32,000 nt of DNA from Psychrobacter sp. DM4. GTDB taxonomy: Bacteria > Pseudomonadota > Gammaproteobacteria > Pseudomonadales > Moraxellaceae. Where the stretch lies: positions 600,001 to 632,000 of the forward strand of contig NZ_CP195536.1 of assembly GCF_051307035.1 (NCBI RefSeq). Direction: 5' to 3'. Made by a program: the position numbers and the translations under genes. Each line of letters begins with the position of its first letter. Position 1 is the first letter of the stretch. The notes below the pieces were generated by a model. The model searched no databases, had not been told where the DNA came from, and was given only the letters and a program-made list of their open reading frames with translations. Below are positions 1-7,309 of this stretch, piece after piece.

Positions 1-180
1 TATCATAAGGTAAAGGAGCAGTTGTCAAAGGTTGTCAGCTGTGTTGTTATCTACACTGATCAAGATCAGGAATATAAGCTGCCAAACAGTTTAACCATTG
101 GCAAATCGATTGAAGGCTTTACTAAATTCTATAAGGTACCGATTGCTGTTCCTGTGCTTAAAAATCAGACTTCCTTATAA
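1..180 (+). CDS. 3' end of an unidentified gene truncated by the window edge (59 codons + TAA)
   Basis: Frame 1 is open from nt 1 to TAA at 178-180 (...VVIYTDQDQEYKLPNSLTIGKSIEGFTKFYKVPIAVPVLKNQTSL*). It is absent from the ORF track because it has no start inside the window. Composition is protein-like. No family recognised. Confidence 0.35.
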   Translation, partial: YHKVKEQLSKVVSCVVIYTDQDQEYKLPNSLTIGKSIEGFTKFYKVPIAVPVLKNQTSL

Positions 181-229
181 ACAATATCGTCAAATGGGAT
201 TAGTTACCACAACCAACTTTCAACAATCT

Positions 230-275
230 TGGTCACAAAATGGTCACCGTTTGGTCACCGAGCAGGTGGTCACCG
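230..275. repeat. Four direct TGGTCAC(CG) repeats (iteron-like), spaced 11, 11 and 15 bp
   Basis: TGGTCACAA at 230-238. Exact TGGTCACCG at 241-249, 252-260 and 267-275. Each GGTCACC is itself a GGT-N-ACC mini-palindrome. Confidence 0.85.
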
Positions 276-410
276 ATTTTCAAAAGATAGAGCGCATGCG
301 CAAAAACTTATCATTCATACATTGTTAAAGAGTAGACTATTTCGTAAATGTCAACCTAGGGGAAACATACAGTCCTTATAAATAAAGGCTTTAAGAGGAG
401 GTTTAGACAC

Positions 411-441
411 AAAAAAACCTCAAACAATATAATGCTTGAGG
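411..441 (-). terminator. Rho-independent terminator downstream of the displaced tRNA-Arg 3' end
   Basis: The minus strand reads CCTCAAGCATTATATTGTTTGAGG followed by TTTTTTT (stem 418-423/436-441, T-run 411-417). It lies about 30 nt past the CCA end of the tRNA fragment at 474. Confidence 0.6.
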
Positions 442-473
442 CAAAACTTGACTAAAACTTAAGTTTTAAATAG

Positions 474-518
474 TGGTGCGCTCGACAGGGATCGAACCTG
501 TGACCCTCGGCTTCGGAG
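474..518 (-). repeat. attL: displaced 3' portion of tRNA-Arg (anticodon loop to CCA), not a complete tRNA
   Basis: TGGTGCGCTCG (474-484) and GACCCTCGGCTTCGGAG (502-518) are identical to 8539-8549 and 8567-8583. The T-arm between them differs. There is no matching 5' acceptor strand or D-arm upstream. Confidence 0.85.
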
Positions 519-552
519 AGTCTAGGCCGTCTAGCTATAACTATTTACACTA

Positions 553-1368
553 TTATTCAATCAACGATAAAGCAGCCACGTATTGAGCATAATCTAAATG
601 CGCGTAACGCATAGTGCTGTCGATGTCACCATGTCCTAGCAGATCCTTAACCGTATAAATACCAACGCCATTTTGCACCAACCACGACGCATAAGTATGT
701 CTTAAATCATACATAGTGCATACGACACCTGCGCGCTTTTTGCACCTGTTAAAGCTCTTTGATAGGCTCTGGTAACGATCATTTGTACGTTTATTAGTGA
801 AAACATAACGATCTGAGCGTGTTTTATTTTTTAACACATTAAATGCGGTATCATTTAAATACTTGTACATCGTCCTTTTGCTTTTGCTGTAGTAATTCCT
901 CACTACAAACTGCCTTTTATCAAGATGCACATTTGACCATTCAAGCGTTAATAACTCGATAGGCCTACAGCCTGTCATCGTCAGCAGTACAATAAAATCA
1001 TGCAAATCTTGGTTGCGTGTTACCAATGCAGAGATAAGCAGCTTATTGTACTGCTCTTTATTTAGATAATTTGCTATATAGTCCTCCTCAATAAACTTTA
1101 CCTTATTAAATGGATTATTTAATTTAATCTCATAATCTTCTCTGACTCGATTTATCGCTGCTCTTGCAAAACTACACTCACGGTTTATAGTGCTATTGGA
1201 GACAGTGACGCGCCTTAGCTGTGCATACTCTTTTACGTCTTTTTTGCGTAAATCCTTTAAATCATAGGCATCAAAAAAGCGCAGGTTATGCGCTCGGTAA
1301 TGATACTTATGCTTTGTTAAATGATAATCTTGGTAATACTCGATAACCTCTGATAATTTAGTAAACAT
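553..1368 (-). CDS. int: Tyrosine recombinase / phage integrase (271 aa)
   Basis: Catalytic motifs seen are TGCRPIEL (Arg I), LRHTYASWLV (H-x-x-R) and LLGHGDIDSTMRYAHL (His...Tyr nucleophile). The stop codon is 35 nt from the att core. Confidence 0.9.
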   Translation of the reverse strand: MFTKLSEVIEYYQDYHLTKHKYHYRAHNLRFFDAYDLKDLRKKDVKEYAQLRRVTVSNSTINRECSFARAAINRVREDYEIKLNNPFNKVKFIEEDYIANYLNKEQYNKLLISALVTRNQDLHDFIVLLTMTGCRPIELLTLEWSNVHLDKRQFVVRNYYSKSKRTMYKYLNDTAFNVLKNKTRSDRYVFTNKRTNDRYQSLSKSFNRCKKRAGVVCTMYDLRHTYASWLVQNGVGIYTVKDLLGHGDIDSTMRYAHLDYAQYVAALSLIE

Positions 1369-1406
1369 AATCTAATCTCCTACACGCGAAATTGCGCGCG
1401 CATAGA

Positions 1407-2576
1407 CTAACTATTATCGACTATAGGCGGCGGTGGATTATTTATATAATCTACGTCATCGGCGCTTGAAACTGGATTGCTGGACGCATTAGAATTAAAA
1501 TTACTATTCTGTGGAGACTGTGCGCGCTGTACTGTGCGCTTATGCGGCCTTGTCTCTGGATTAAGCAACATGCTCATACATTTATCATGCGGTATATTTA
1601 GGCCGTCGCCGTACATGTTAAAAGCCATGCACTTATCACCACTTGCCATAATACTATCGGGCCTTATGGCGTCATGCTCTGCTACGTCAACGGTATAATC
1701 ATCTAAATACTTTTTATAGAGTGCTAATAGCTCGGCATCTGTCAGACCATCGACAGTGGGCAGATCAGGCGCAGAACTAGAACCCCCTGTGATAGTCTCG
1801 ACGTTATCGGTTGTCTCGTTCATCATTTCATCACCGCGATCTTCTGCACCTGCTATAAAGCCGTAAACCTTACCAACGCCCCAAATACCAGCAGGTATAG
1901 CAACGAGGATTAAGAAGACGACTACACCTATCATGATTTTAACTTTTTTAGGTATAGACTTCTTTTGGTCATGGGTGGCCCCATCATCTACAGATTTATA
2001 GAGCTTTGATGTTTCTTCGTCTAATTTATGGGTGAATGTATCGGTTGCATACTCTTTGTATGCGCCCTTGTCGTCAATAGTAGACATAGCACCCGTGAAC
2101 TTAAACACTTTAGGCTTGCCGTCTTTGAATGGGTGGCTAACGTGATAATGCACGTCAACAAGTTTGCGTAAAGCAGAATGTACAAAAGTAGGATCTTGCG
2201 TGATAATAACAATATTGATATTAGCATGGCGTATCATAGTCATTTCGCGTATGCGCGGATCACTATTGATCTTTGTACTAGAGTTATCGGCCCACTCTAA
2301 GCGCTGGGCCTCATCATAGAAAATGGTGCAATTACCTACGCCATTGCTATCCATTAAATCTTGCCAATCTTTAGGCGACGGCTCGACACCTGCTATGTTA
2401 AGACCTGCTATATCTGCATAAACTTTATGCTCTGGGTGATTATCAACGATATACTTTATCTGACTTGTTGCAAAATGCGACTTGCCCGAACCTTTTTTAC
2501 CAGTGATTAAAACTAGCCCTTGTCCTTTTACCAGTCCATTGTCTGACATAAAATCCCCTGCCTTAGCAAGCCCCAC
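1407..2576 (-). CDS. Zot-like / pI-type inovirus assembly ATPase
   Basis: N-terminal P-loop GKKGSGKS, Walker-B-like IFYDEAQ, and a single TM segment (IMIGVVVFLILVAIPAGIWGV) followed by a periplasmic tail, which is the pI/Zot architecture. The track start at 2576 is GTG. The ATG at 2549 (MSDNG...) has a better upstream GGCAGGGGA and may be the true start. An internal ATG (M215, 1932-1934) sits just before the TM, as for Ff pXI, but this parallel is speculative. Confidence 0.9.
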   Translation of the reverse strand: MGLAKAGDFMSDNGLVKGQGLVLITGKKGSGKSHFATSQIKYIVDNHPEHKVYADIAGLNIAGVEPSPKDWQDLMDSNGVGNCTIFYDEAQRLEWADNSSTKINSDPRIREMTMIRHANINIVIITQDPTFVHSALRKLVDVHYHVSHPFKDGKPKVFKFTGAMSTIDDKGAYKEYATDTFTHKLDEETSKLYKSVDDGATHDQKKSIPKKVKIMIGVVVFLILVAIPAGIWGVGKVYGFIAGAEDRGDEMMNETTDNVETITGGSSSAPDLPTVDGLTDAELLALYKKYLDDYTVDVAEHDAIRPDSIMASGDKCMAFNMYGDGLNIPHDKCMSMLLNPETRPHKRTVQRAQSPQNSNFNSNASSNPVSSADDVDYINNPPPPIVDNS

Positions 2577-2623
2577 GCAAGCAAAAGGGTTTTGCTCTTG
2601 CGTTGGGGCTTGCCGCGTCTGTT

Positions 2624-2905
2624 TTATTTTGCTGCTTTAGATAAGGATAGCTTAGTGGCTCCAATACTAGCGCGAATAACAACAGCACCGATAATAATAG
2701 ATATAGCTGTGTCCATACCGCCGATGTGTAGTATTGCTGCCATGTCACCAAGTGCACCAGCAGATGAAACAATTTTGTTAATATAAAAGTTAATAACAGC
2801 TAAAGAGATAGCACCTGATGCTATACCAAGCCCCATACCGACAAGTACACGTTTGCCCATACCGCCGAAAAGATATTGAAATAATTTAGCCAAAGCACCG
2901 ATCAT
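2624..2905 (-). CDS. pVI-like small hydrophobic minor coat/assembly protein (93 aa; DUF2523-like by size, position and hydrophobicity)
   Basis: It has multiple Gly/Ala-rich hydrophobic segments. It lies between the pIII-like gene and the Zot gene, which is the position of g6/ace in inoviruses. Only 2 nt separate it from the upstream pIII-like gene stop. Confidence 0.65.
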   Translation of the reverse strand: MIGALAKLFQYLFGGMGKRVLVGMGLGIASGAISLAVINFYINKIVSSAGALGDMAAILHIGGMDTAISIIIGAVVIRASIGATKLSLSKAAK

Positions 2906-2907
2906 TT

Positions 2908-4203
2908 TTAAGACTCCCTAGCCCTACCGCCTGATATGATGAGCATACCGCTTATCCATGCGCCCAAGATAACAGCAGGCTTTATCATGCTTGCAAAATG
3001 ACAAAAAGGGCCATAACTAATATCAAGTGTTGTTGATGCACCCATATAATCTATGGGTATAGATACATCAGCAGGACATTGGCCAGAAAAATCGACGTAA
3101 CCTGCGGTTGCTTTACCTTGCCAATCGCCTATATCTGGTTGCTGTATATAAACTTGTGTTTCTTCAGGCGATGGCTCCCATGCTTCCATCGACCAGTTAT
3201 AATAATCACAAGCTAGAGACGCCCAATCGCAAAATGCGGGAAGTTGAAACGCTGGTGCGTCTTGACCATCTTGTCCGTCTTGACCATCTTGTCCGTCCTC
3301 TCCATCTTGCGGTTGGTCTTCGGGATATAGATTGTCATCATCTGGATTTTCACCAGTTCCACCGTCAGGGTTTTCGGAGGTTACAGCGTCAGGGTCAGGC
3401 TGGGGAATGTCGCTATTTCTGTCAAACGCTTCATCGTGTAGTCCTGCTTCTATTTCATCTATTGCGTTATCTGATAGTGCTTCGAGAGCAGCAGATTTGC
3501 CATTATACGCGTCATCGACAATTTGCGATGCTACGTCTTCAATGGGTATTACTATGTCTTGCGGCGGAGTAGTGACAGACGTGATAGGTGCAGGTCTTTC
3601 ATCTGAGCCGTATTGCTCATGCACCATAGTGTAGTAACATGTGTCAGGCGCATCAGGCTTTATATTACCGCCGCTAAAATAATAGGGCTTATTTCTTCCA
3701 GCAATTGAATCATTTTTATAAACTGTATGAGCTCTACAAGCCGTTTCGGCAGTTGAATAAAGACGTTCGTTGCTGCCAACTTTGTATCCTACTTCTTCGT
3801 CTGATTTGTATTTTACGCCATTGTTTTCAGGATCAAGAATCCAATCCACAGCTTTACCAGCGATTGCGATAACAGCTTGTGTAATTGCGAGTGCAGGAGC
3901 ACGTTTAAGCAATGATTTGCCGATTGATTTTGGGTTGGGTGTTAGCTTAACAGTAGATTTTGCTGTTCTGTTTTGTACAATAGGTTTTCCGTCGGGGCCG
4001 AGCGTGGATACAGGGTATGTTTTTTGAGCATTTACTTCTAACGTCATTTTTTTGTATTGTGTATCAACATCTTTTTTTAAGTTCTCTAAACGCCATTTCA
4101 GGTGCTGTGGGTCGCCGTCGTGAGCAGCAAGGGCTGTTAAAGGAAAAAGAGCGAGAGATAAAGATAAAAAAACATAAAGGACTTTACGACACAAAATATT
4201 CAT
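2908..4203 (-). CDS. pIII-like minor coat / host-adsorption protein (431 aa)
   Basis: It has a signal peptide (MNILCRKVLYVFLSLSLALFPLTALA|AHDG), a central acidic Pro/Asp/Gly/Gln linker including (DGQ)n, and a C-terminal membrane anchor (AVILGAWISGMLIISGG). It lies downstream of the major coat gene, separated from it only by a 27-aa ORF. Confidence 0.7.
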   Translation of the reverse strand: MNILCRKVLYVFLSLSLALFPLTALAAHDGDPQHLKWRLENLKKDVDTQYKKMTLEVNAQKTYPVSTLGPDGKPIVQNRTAKSTVKLTPNPKSIGKSLLKRAPALAITQAVIAIAGKAVDWILDPENNGVKYKSDEEVGYKVGSNERLYSTAETACRAHTVYKNDSIAGRNKPYYFSGGNIKPDAPDTCYYTMVHEQYGSDERPAPITSVTTPPQDIVIPIEDVASQIVDDAYNGKSAALEALSDNAIDEIEAGLHDEAFDRNSDIPQPDPDAVTSENPDGGTGENPDDDNLYPEDQPQDGEDGQDGQDGQDGQDAPAFQLPAFCDWASLACDYYNWSMEAWEPSPEETQVYIQQPDIGDWQGKATAGYVDFSGQCPADVSIPIDYMGASTTLDISYGPFCHFASMIKPAVILGAWISGMLIISGGRARES

Positions 4204-4245
4204 AACTTAGTAAAGTCCTTTATATATTCTGTTAAATCTTACAAG

Positions 4246-4329
4246 TTAAAGATTGAGTGCATCACGTATTGCTACGATCATGCAAACAATGGCGATAACT
4301 TGTAAGATGAAGTCAGGGTGAAATGACAT
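4246..4329 (-). CDS. Unlisted 27-aa hydrophobic ORF (MSFHPDFILQVIAIVCMIVAIRDALNL), candidate pVII/pIX-like minor coat protein
   Basis: Its ATG overlaps the major-coat TAA (TAATG at 4331-4327), suggesting translational coupling. It has a single hydrophobic core and lies between the coat and pIII-like genes. It is below the ORF-track size cutoff. Confidence 0.45.
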   Translation of the reverse strand: MSFHPDFILQVIAIVCMIVAIRDALNL

Positions 4330-4574
4330 TAGAACGCAGTCTTAACCCATTTGAACACTTTAGCAGTCGCGTAAACTGACAAGACAGCCATACCAACAGA
4401 CCCAACAACAGCGACGAGGCCATTAATCATAGTGACAATCGGTGTCATATCGGGAGCGGCTACGCCCTCAGCATGTGCACCTGTAGTGACTAGGGCCATA
4501 GTGGCAGCCGTACCAACTTGATAATACTTGTTAGTAGCAGCACTTTTCACTTTTGCAATTTTACTTTGAGACAT
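4329..4574 (-). CDS. Major coat protein precursor (pVIII-like, 81 aa)
   Basis: A long leader ends in AHA|EG. The mature part (~46 aa) has an acidic N-terminus (EGVAAPD), a hydrophobic core (IVTMINGLVAVVGSVGMAVLSVYA) and a basic C-terminus (KVFKWVKTAF). This is the canonical inovirus coat layout. Confidence 0.85.
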   Translation of the reverse strand: MSQSKIAKVKSAATNKYYQVGTAATMALVTTGAHAEGVAAPDMTPIVTMINGLVAVVGSVGMAVLSVYATAKVFKWVKTAF

Positions 4575-4583
4575 GATCTTTCC

Positions 4584-4769
4584 TTAGAAGAATGAGCGTT
4601 TGATAAGTTTAATCGCTGCGACAGTGGCAAAAAGTACAGCGATGGAAAAAACAAACTCGGCCATTTGCTCATTAGTTAGTTTATAGCCACTGTGTTCAGG
4701 TACGGCTTGCCAAGATATGCAGTTATTTGTCACTGATAACTCTATACATTGATAAACCGTGTTATTCAT
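4584..4769 (-). CDS. Small phage membrane protein (61 aa), unknown function
   Basis: It has a C-terminal TM segment (FVFSIAVLFATVAAIKLI) and is tightly packed between the ssDNA-binding candidate and the coat gene, where small virion-cap proteins sit in inoviruses. Confidence 0.5.
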   Translation of the reverse strand: MNNTVYQCIELSVTNNCISWQAVPEHSGYKLTNEQMAEFVFSIAVLFATVAAIKLIKRSFF

Positions 4770-4779
4770 AATTTACTCG

Positions 4780-5184
4780 TTACGCTTTGGCAGGTGATGC
4801 CGTAGGTGGTCTTTGTTGCGACTTGTTACGCGGTACAAGCTCCATTTCTTGAGCATTGGCAAAGTCGGCCCATAAGATAACTTGGATCGGATCACCGTTT
4901 TTATCGCTAGTCGTCGTCATCTTAGTTTTAAGCTGGAACGGATATTCATGGTCATTAAAGCTGTGAATATCTGATGCTGTGCCGTATCTGTATTGCGCTT
5001 GAGCGACACCGCCAGACTTTAGGCCGTTGGCTTCTTTACGGTTTTTATGATTGACAAGTACGTTCACATAATCGTATTGCTCGTAGCTTGTCGGCTGTGC
5101 ACCGTGTACTGTAATGGTACGCTCGTAAATCTCGTCAGCGTCGTAAGTAATACCGTTTACTGTAATATCATTTTGATTGCTCAT
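4780..5184 (-). CDS. Putative ssDNA-binding protein (pV-like, 134 aa)
   Basis: This is a positional call: it lies immediately downstream of the replication initiator. Its size and Pro/Gln/Ala-rich C-terminal tail (QQRPPTASPAKA) are reminiscent of Pf1 gene 5 protein. No diagnostic motif verified. Confidence 0.45.
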   Translation of the reverse strand: MSNQNDITVNGITYDADEIYERTITVHGAQPTSYEQYDYVNVLVNHKNRKEANGLKSGGVAQAQYRYGTASDIHSFNDHEYPFQLKTKMTTTSDKNGDPIQVILWADFANAQEMELVPRNKSQQRPPTASPAKA

Positions 5185-5199
5185 TTTTTACACTCCTGC

Positions 5200-6501
5200 C
5201 TAGTGGCTTAGTTTTGGAATTGTGAGCGGATCTATCCGCTCGGGAACTGCCTTGTTTTTGATGTCTGTTAGCAGGTCAAGTAAGACCGTATCATCATCAT
5301 AAACTTGGCGGAAAAAGTATAAATATCTGCCATATTGATTTTTTAAAATGTCAATGGCTTGCTCAAAGGTCATCAGGTTTTGCTTTTCTACGCGCTCAAA
5401 CTTGCTAATATCTGTCTGACCATCGAAAATATGAAAGCATGGATAACTTGCTAGAAAAAATTGACTCGGATTTATTAGCACATCAAGCGGTATAAAAATG
5501 TCACGGCTTTTGTATTCAACTTCGGTGCGTAGCCATAAACTGTTTTTATCGCCTAATTGGCGGCCCTTTTCATAAATTCGGGTGAACTTGGAGGAGTCAC
5601 GAGAGCCTATGTATAGGCTTCTACCTTTACCGTTTGGCTTCTTCCAGTCTCCGCGGAACTCAACGGCTGGAGGTCTGCCACCATTAGTGAAACCGCCTAT
5701 AGTGTGCTGTTCATTGAACCAATCAATGTCGGTATACTCGCCATATAGATCATCATGAGCTAGATCAATACGTGTGATTTTTGGTTCTTGGCAATACAGG
5801 TTAAGCCATGCGTTAAAATGGCCCTCCCAGCCTTGTTTACCATACGTGCAACCTACGCCGTTAATTGAAATCATGATCGTATCGTTCTGGCCACCAATGC
5901 AGACAAAACCAGCATTGTGTTCTAGTGTGTAGCTACGCTCATAAAAATTGCGTCCAGATTTATTTTCTTTGTCGATGCCAAAACCAAATATATCGCGGAG
6001 GACTTGACCGACGTTATCTATAAGGGCGGATTGTCTAAAAGTTTCGTGATACTGTTCTGACGTTATATTGTTTTCAAAAGTGTACGCTTGCATAGTGATA
6101 CTTAGCCAGTCAATAACGCACTTTTCACCCTTTGCAGGTCTACGGATCATTTCAGTTTGGAGACCGTCGGCAGTTATCACGCCGTCAGTATTGAGCAAAG
6201 GATATAGCTTGTAATCGTCTGCTGTAGCTGTGACAGCGTTTAGGACAGTGGCGTCAAGCGCTGGATTTAAGAAAACTTGTTTTGTGGAATTTGCAACGCT
6301 TAGGAATGGAATGTCAACGTCAGGCGCTGGCAGCTTCTTATCTTGCTTAGCTTTTAGGCTTTGCATGTACGCTTTGGCGTTTTTGTCGAAGTCCGTCATG
6401 TTGTGCCAGTCCTTTGTTAGTCTTACCAATCCTAATTGTTGAAACTCTTTCAAAGTCGCTATGTTTATTTTGCTACTTCTCAAACCTTGCACTTTGACCA
6501 C
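5200..6501 (-). CDS. Rolling-circle replication initiation protein (Rep_trans / RstA / Cri-like)
   Basis: Motifs ITRIDLAHDD and SLYIGSRDSSKFTRIYEKG...LRTEVEYK match my recollection of the Rep_trans (pfam02486-type) signature. The track start at 6501 is GTG without an SD. The ATG at 6397-6399 (MTDFDKN...) is preceded by AAGGA 10 nt upstream and may be the real start. Confidence 0.8.
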   Translation of the reverse strand: MVKVQGLRSSKINIATLKEFQQLGLVRLTKDWHNMTDFDKNAKAYMQSLKAKQDKKLPAPDVDIPFLSVANSTKQVFLNPALDATVLNAVTATADDYKLYPLLNTDGVITADGLQTEMIRRPAKGEKCVIDWLSITMQAYTFENNITSEQYHETFRQSALIDNVGQVLRDIFGFGIDKENKSGRNFYERSYTLEHNAGFVCIGGQNDTIMISINGVGCTYGKQGWEGHFNAWLNLYCQEPKITRIDLAHDDLYGEYTDIDWFNEQHTIGGFTNGGRPPAVEFRGDWKKPNGKGRSLYIGSRDSSKFTRIYEKGRQLGDKNSLWLRTEVEYKSRDIFIPLDVLINPSQFFLASYPCFHIFDGQTDISKFERVEKQNLMTFEQAIDILKNQYGRYLYFFRQVYDDDTVLLDLLTDIKNKAVPERIDPLTIPKLSH

Positions 6502-6652
6502 GCTTGAATGTTCGCTCTTGGTACTTTACCCCCGTATTACTAGTGGGGAAATTTACGCTACACTCTCACGTTCCTTCACTTCCTCTTACTGTACTTATTC
6601 TTGCAAACTCTAAACTACGCTAACGCCCTTCGGTTGTTTGCTGTCTGTCTCA

Positions 6653-6695
6653 CTAAAAAGCAAAAACTGCACTGCGTTTGTTTTCTGCTTTTTAG
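6653..6695. promoter_or_regulatory. Long hairpin in the phage intergenic region (candidate origin or packaging structure)
   Basis: CTAAAAAGCA (6653-6662) pairs perfectly with TGCTTTTTAG (6686-6695). The stem is extended by AAAAC (6663-6667)/GTTTT (6680-6684) with a 1-nt bulge. Confidence 0.6.
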
Positions 6696-6807
6696 ATTCG
6701 TCAGCCCAGCCCCTATACAATCTCTTTTTGTTTTCTTAATTTTCTTATTTACTGCTAAACGCTTGTTACAATGCATTTGCGGAGCATTTGAGCTTTAGGG
6801 AAATTAC

Positions 6808-6845
6808 TCACCCTAGAGCTACGTTTTTAAGTAGCTCTAGAGTGA
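6808..6845. promoter_or_regulatory. 15-bp-stem hairpin in the phage intergenic region (candidate origin or packaging structure)
   Basis: TCACCCTAGAGCTAC (6808-6822) pairs with GTAGCTCTAGAGTGA (6831-6845) with one mismatch and an 8-nt loop. The core 10 bp are perfect. Confidence 0.65.
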
Positions 6846-7309
6846 AATCCCTTGCTTGATCATCGTTTAATGCTCTCGCATCGCACCATCGCACATAGGG
6901 CCATTGGTCATAGTGTTCTGCCAATGGAGGATTGATTACGACAACACACGCCGCCTTTGCACAGTCAACCCGCCCACAACAACAAGCCTACGCAAGCAAG
7001 GGCAAAAAACACCCAATATACCGCTACGGCATCACATGTCATGGTCACTCATACTGTCGCTAGTTATGCAAAGTTACCCCAGTAACTAGCTTGCTTATCA
7101 AGTCGTGTCGCCCTGTCGTCACTTAGTCCTGCCACCAGCGACACGCTTTATATCATTTGCTTACACTGGATGCTTGAGCCACCAGCGCAACAATCTCATA
7201 ACTAGTATAGTTCCGATAATCACTGCAAATATTTGTAGCAGTGGCGGTATAACTGCCAAAAAAGCATCAGATAGCAATACGTGCATGTTTAAAAAAGGCT
7301 GATAATTCA

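Noticed and set aside
98-328. 76-aa ORF from the track
   Set aside because: Its sequence is odd (Leu/Arg/Cys-rich) and it has no SD. It spans the TGGTCACCG repeat array. Its first part overlaps a better-looking frame-1 ORF that runs off the left edge. I treat it as non-coding.
3259-3294. Short tandem repeat considered as a possible CRISPR or other array
   Set aside because: There are only two to three directly abutting 18-nt units with no spacers, and they lie inside a CDS where they encode (DGQ)n. This is a coding linker repeat.
6601-7302. Three plus-strand ORFs (6601-6798, 6904-7089, 7105-7302), all in the same frame, considered as a possible decayed gene
   Set aside because: Hand translation shows several closely spaced stops between 6799 and 6903 in that frame. 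The peptides are Cys/Phe-rich and not protein-like. The shared frame is most likely coincidence, and the region is better explained as the phage intergenic/origin region.
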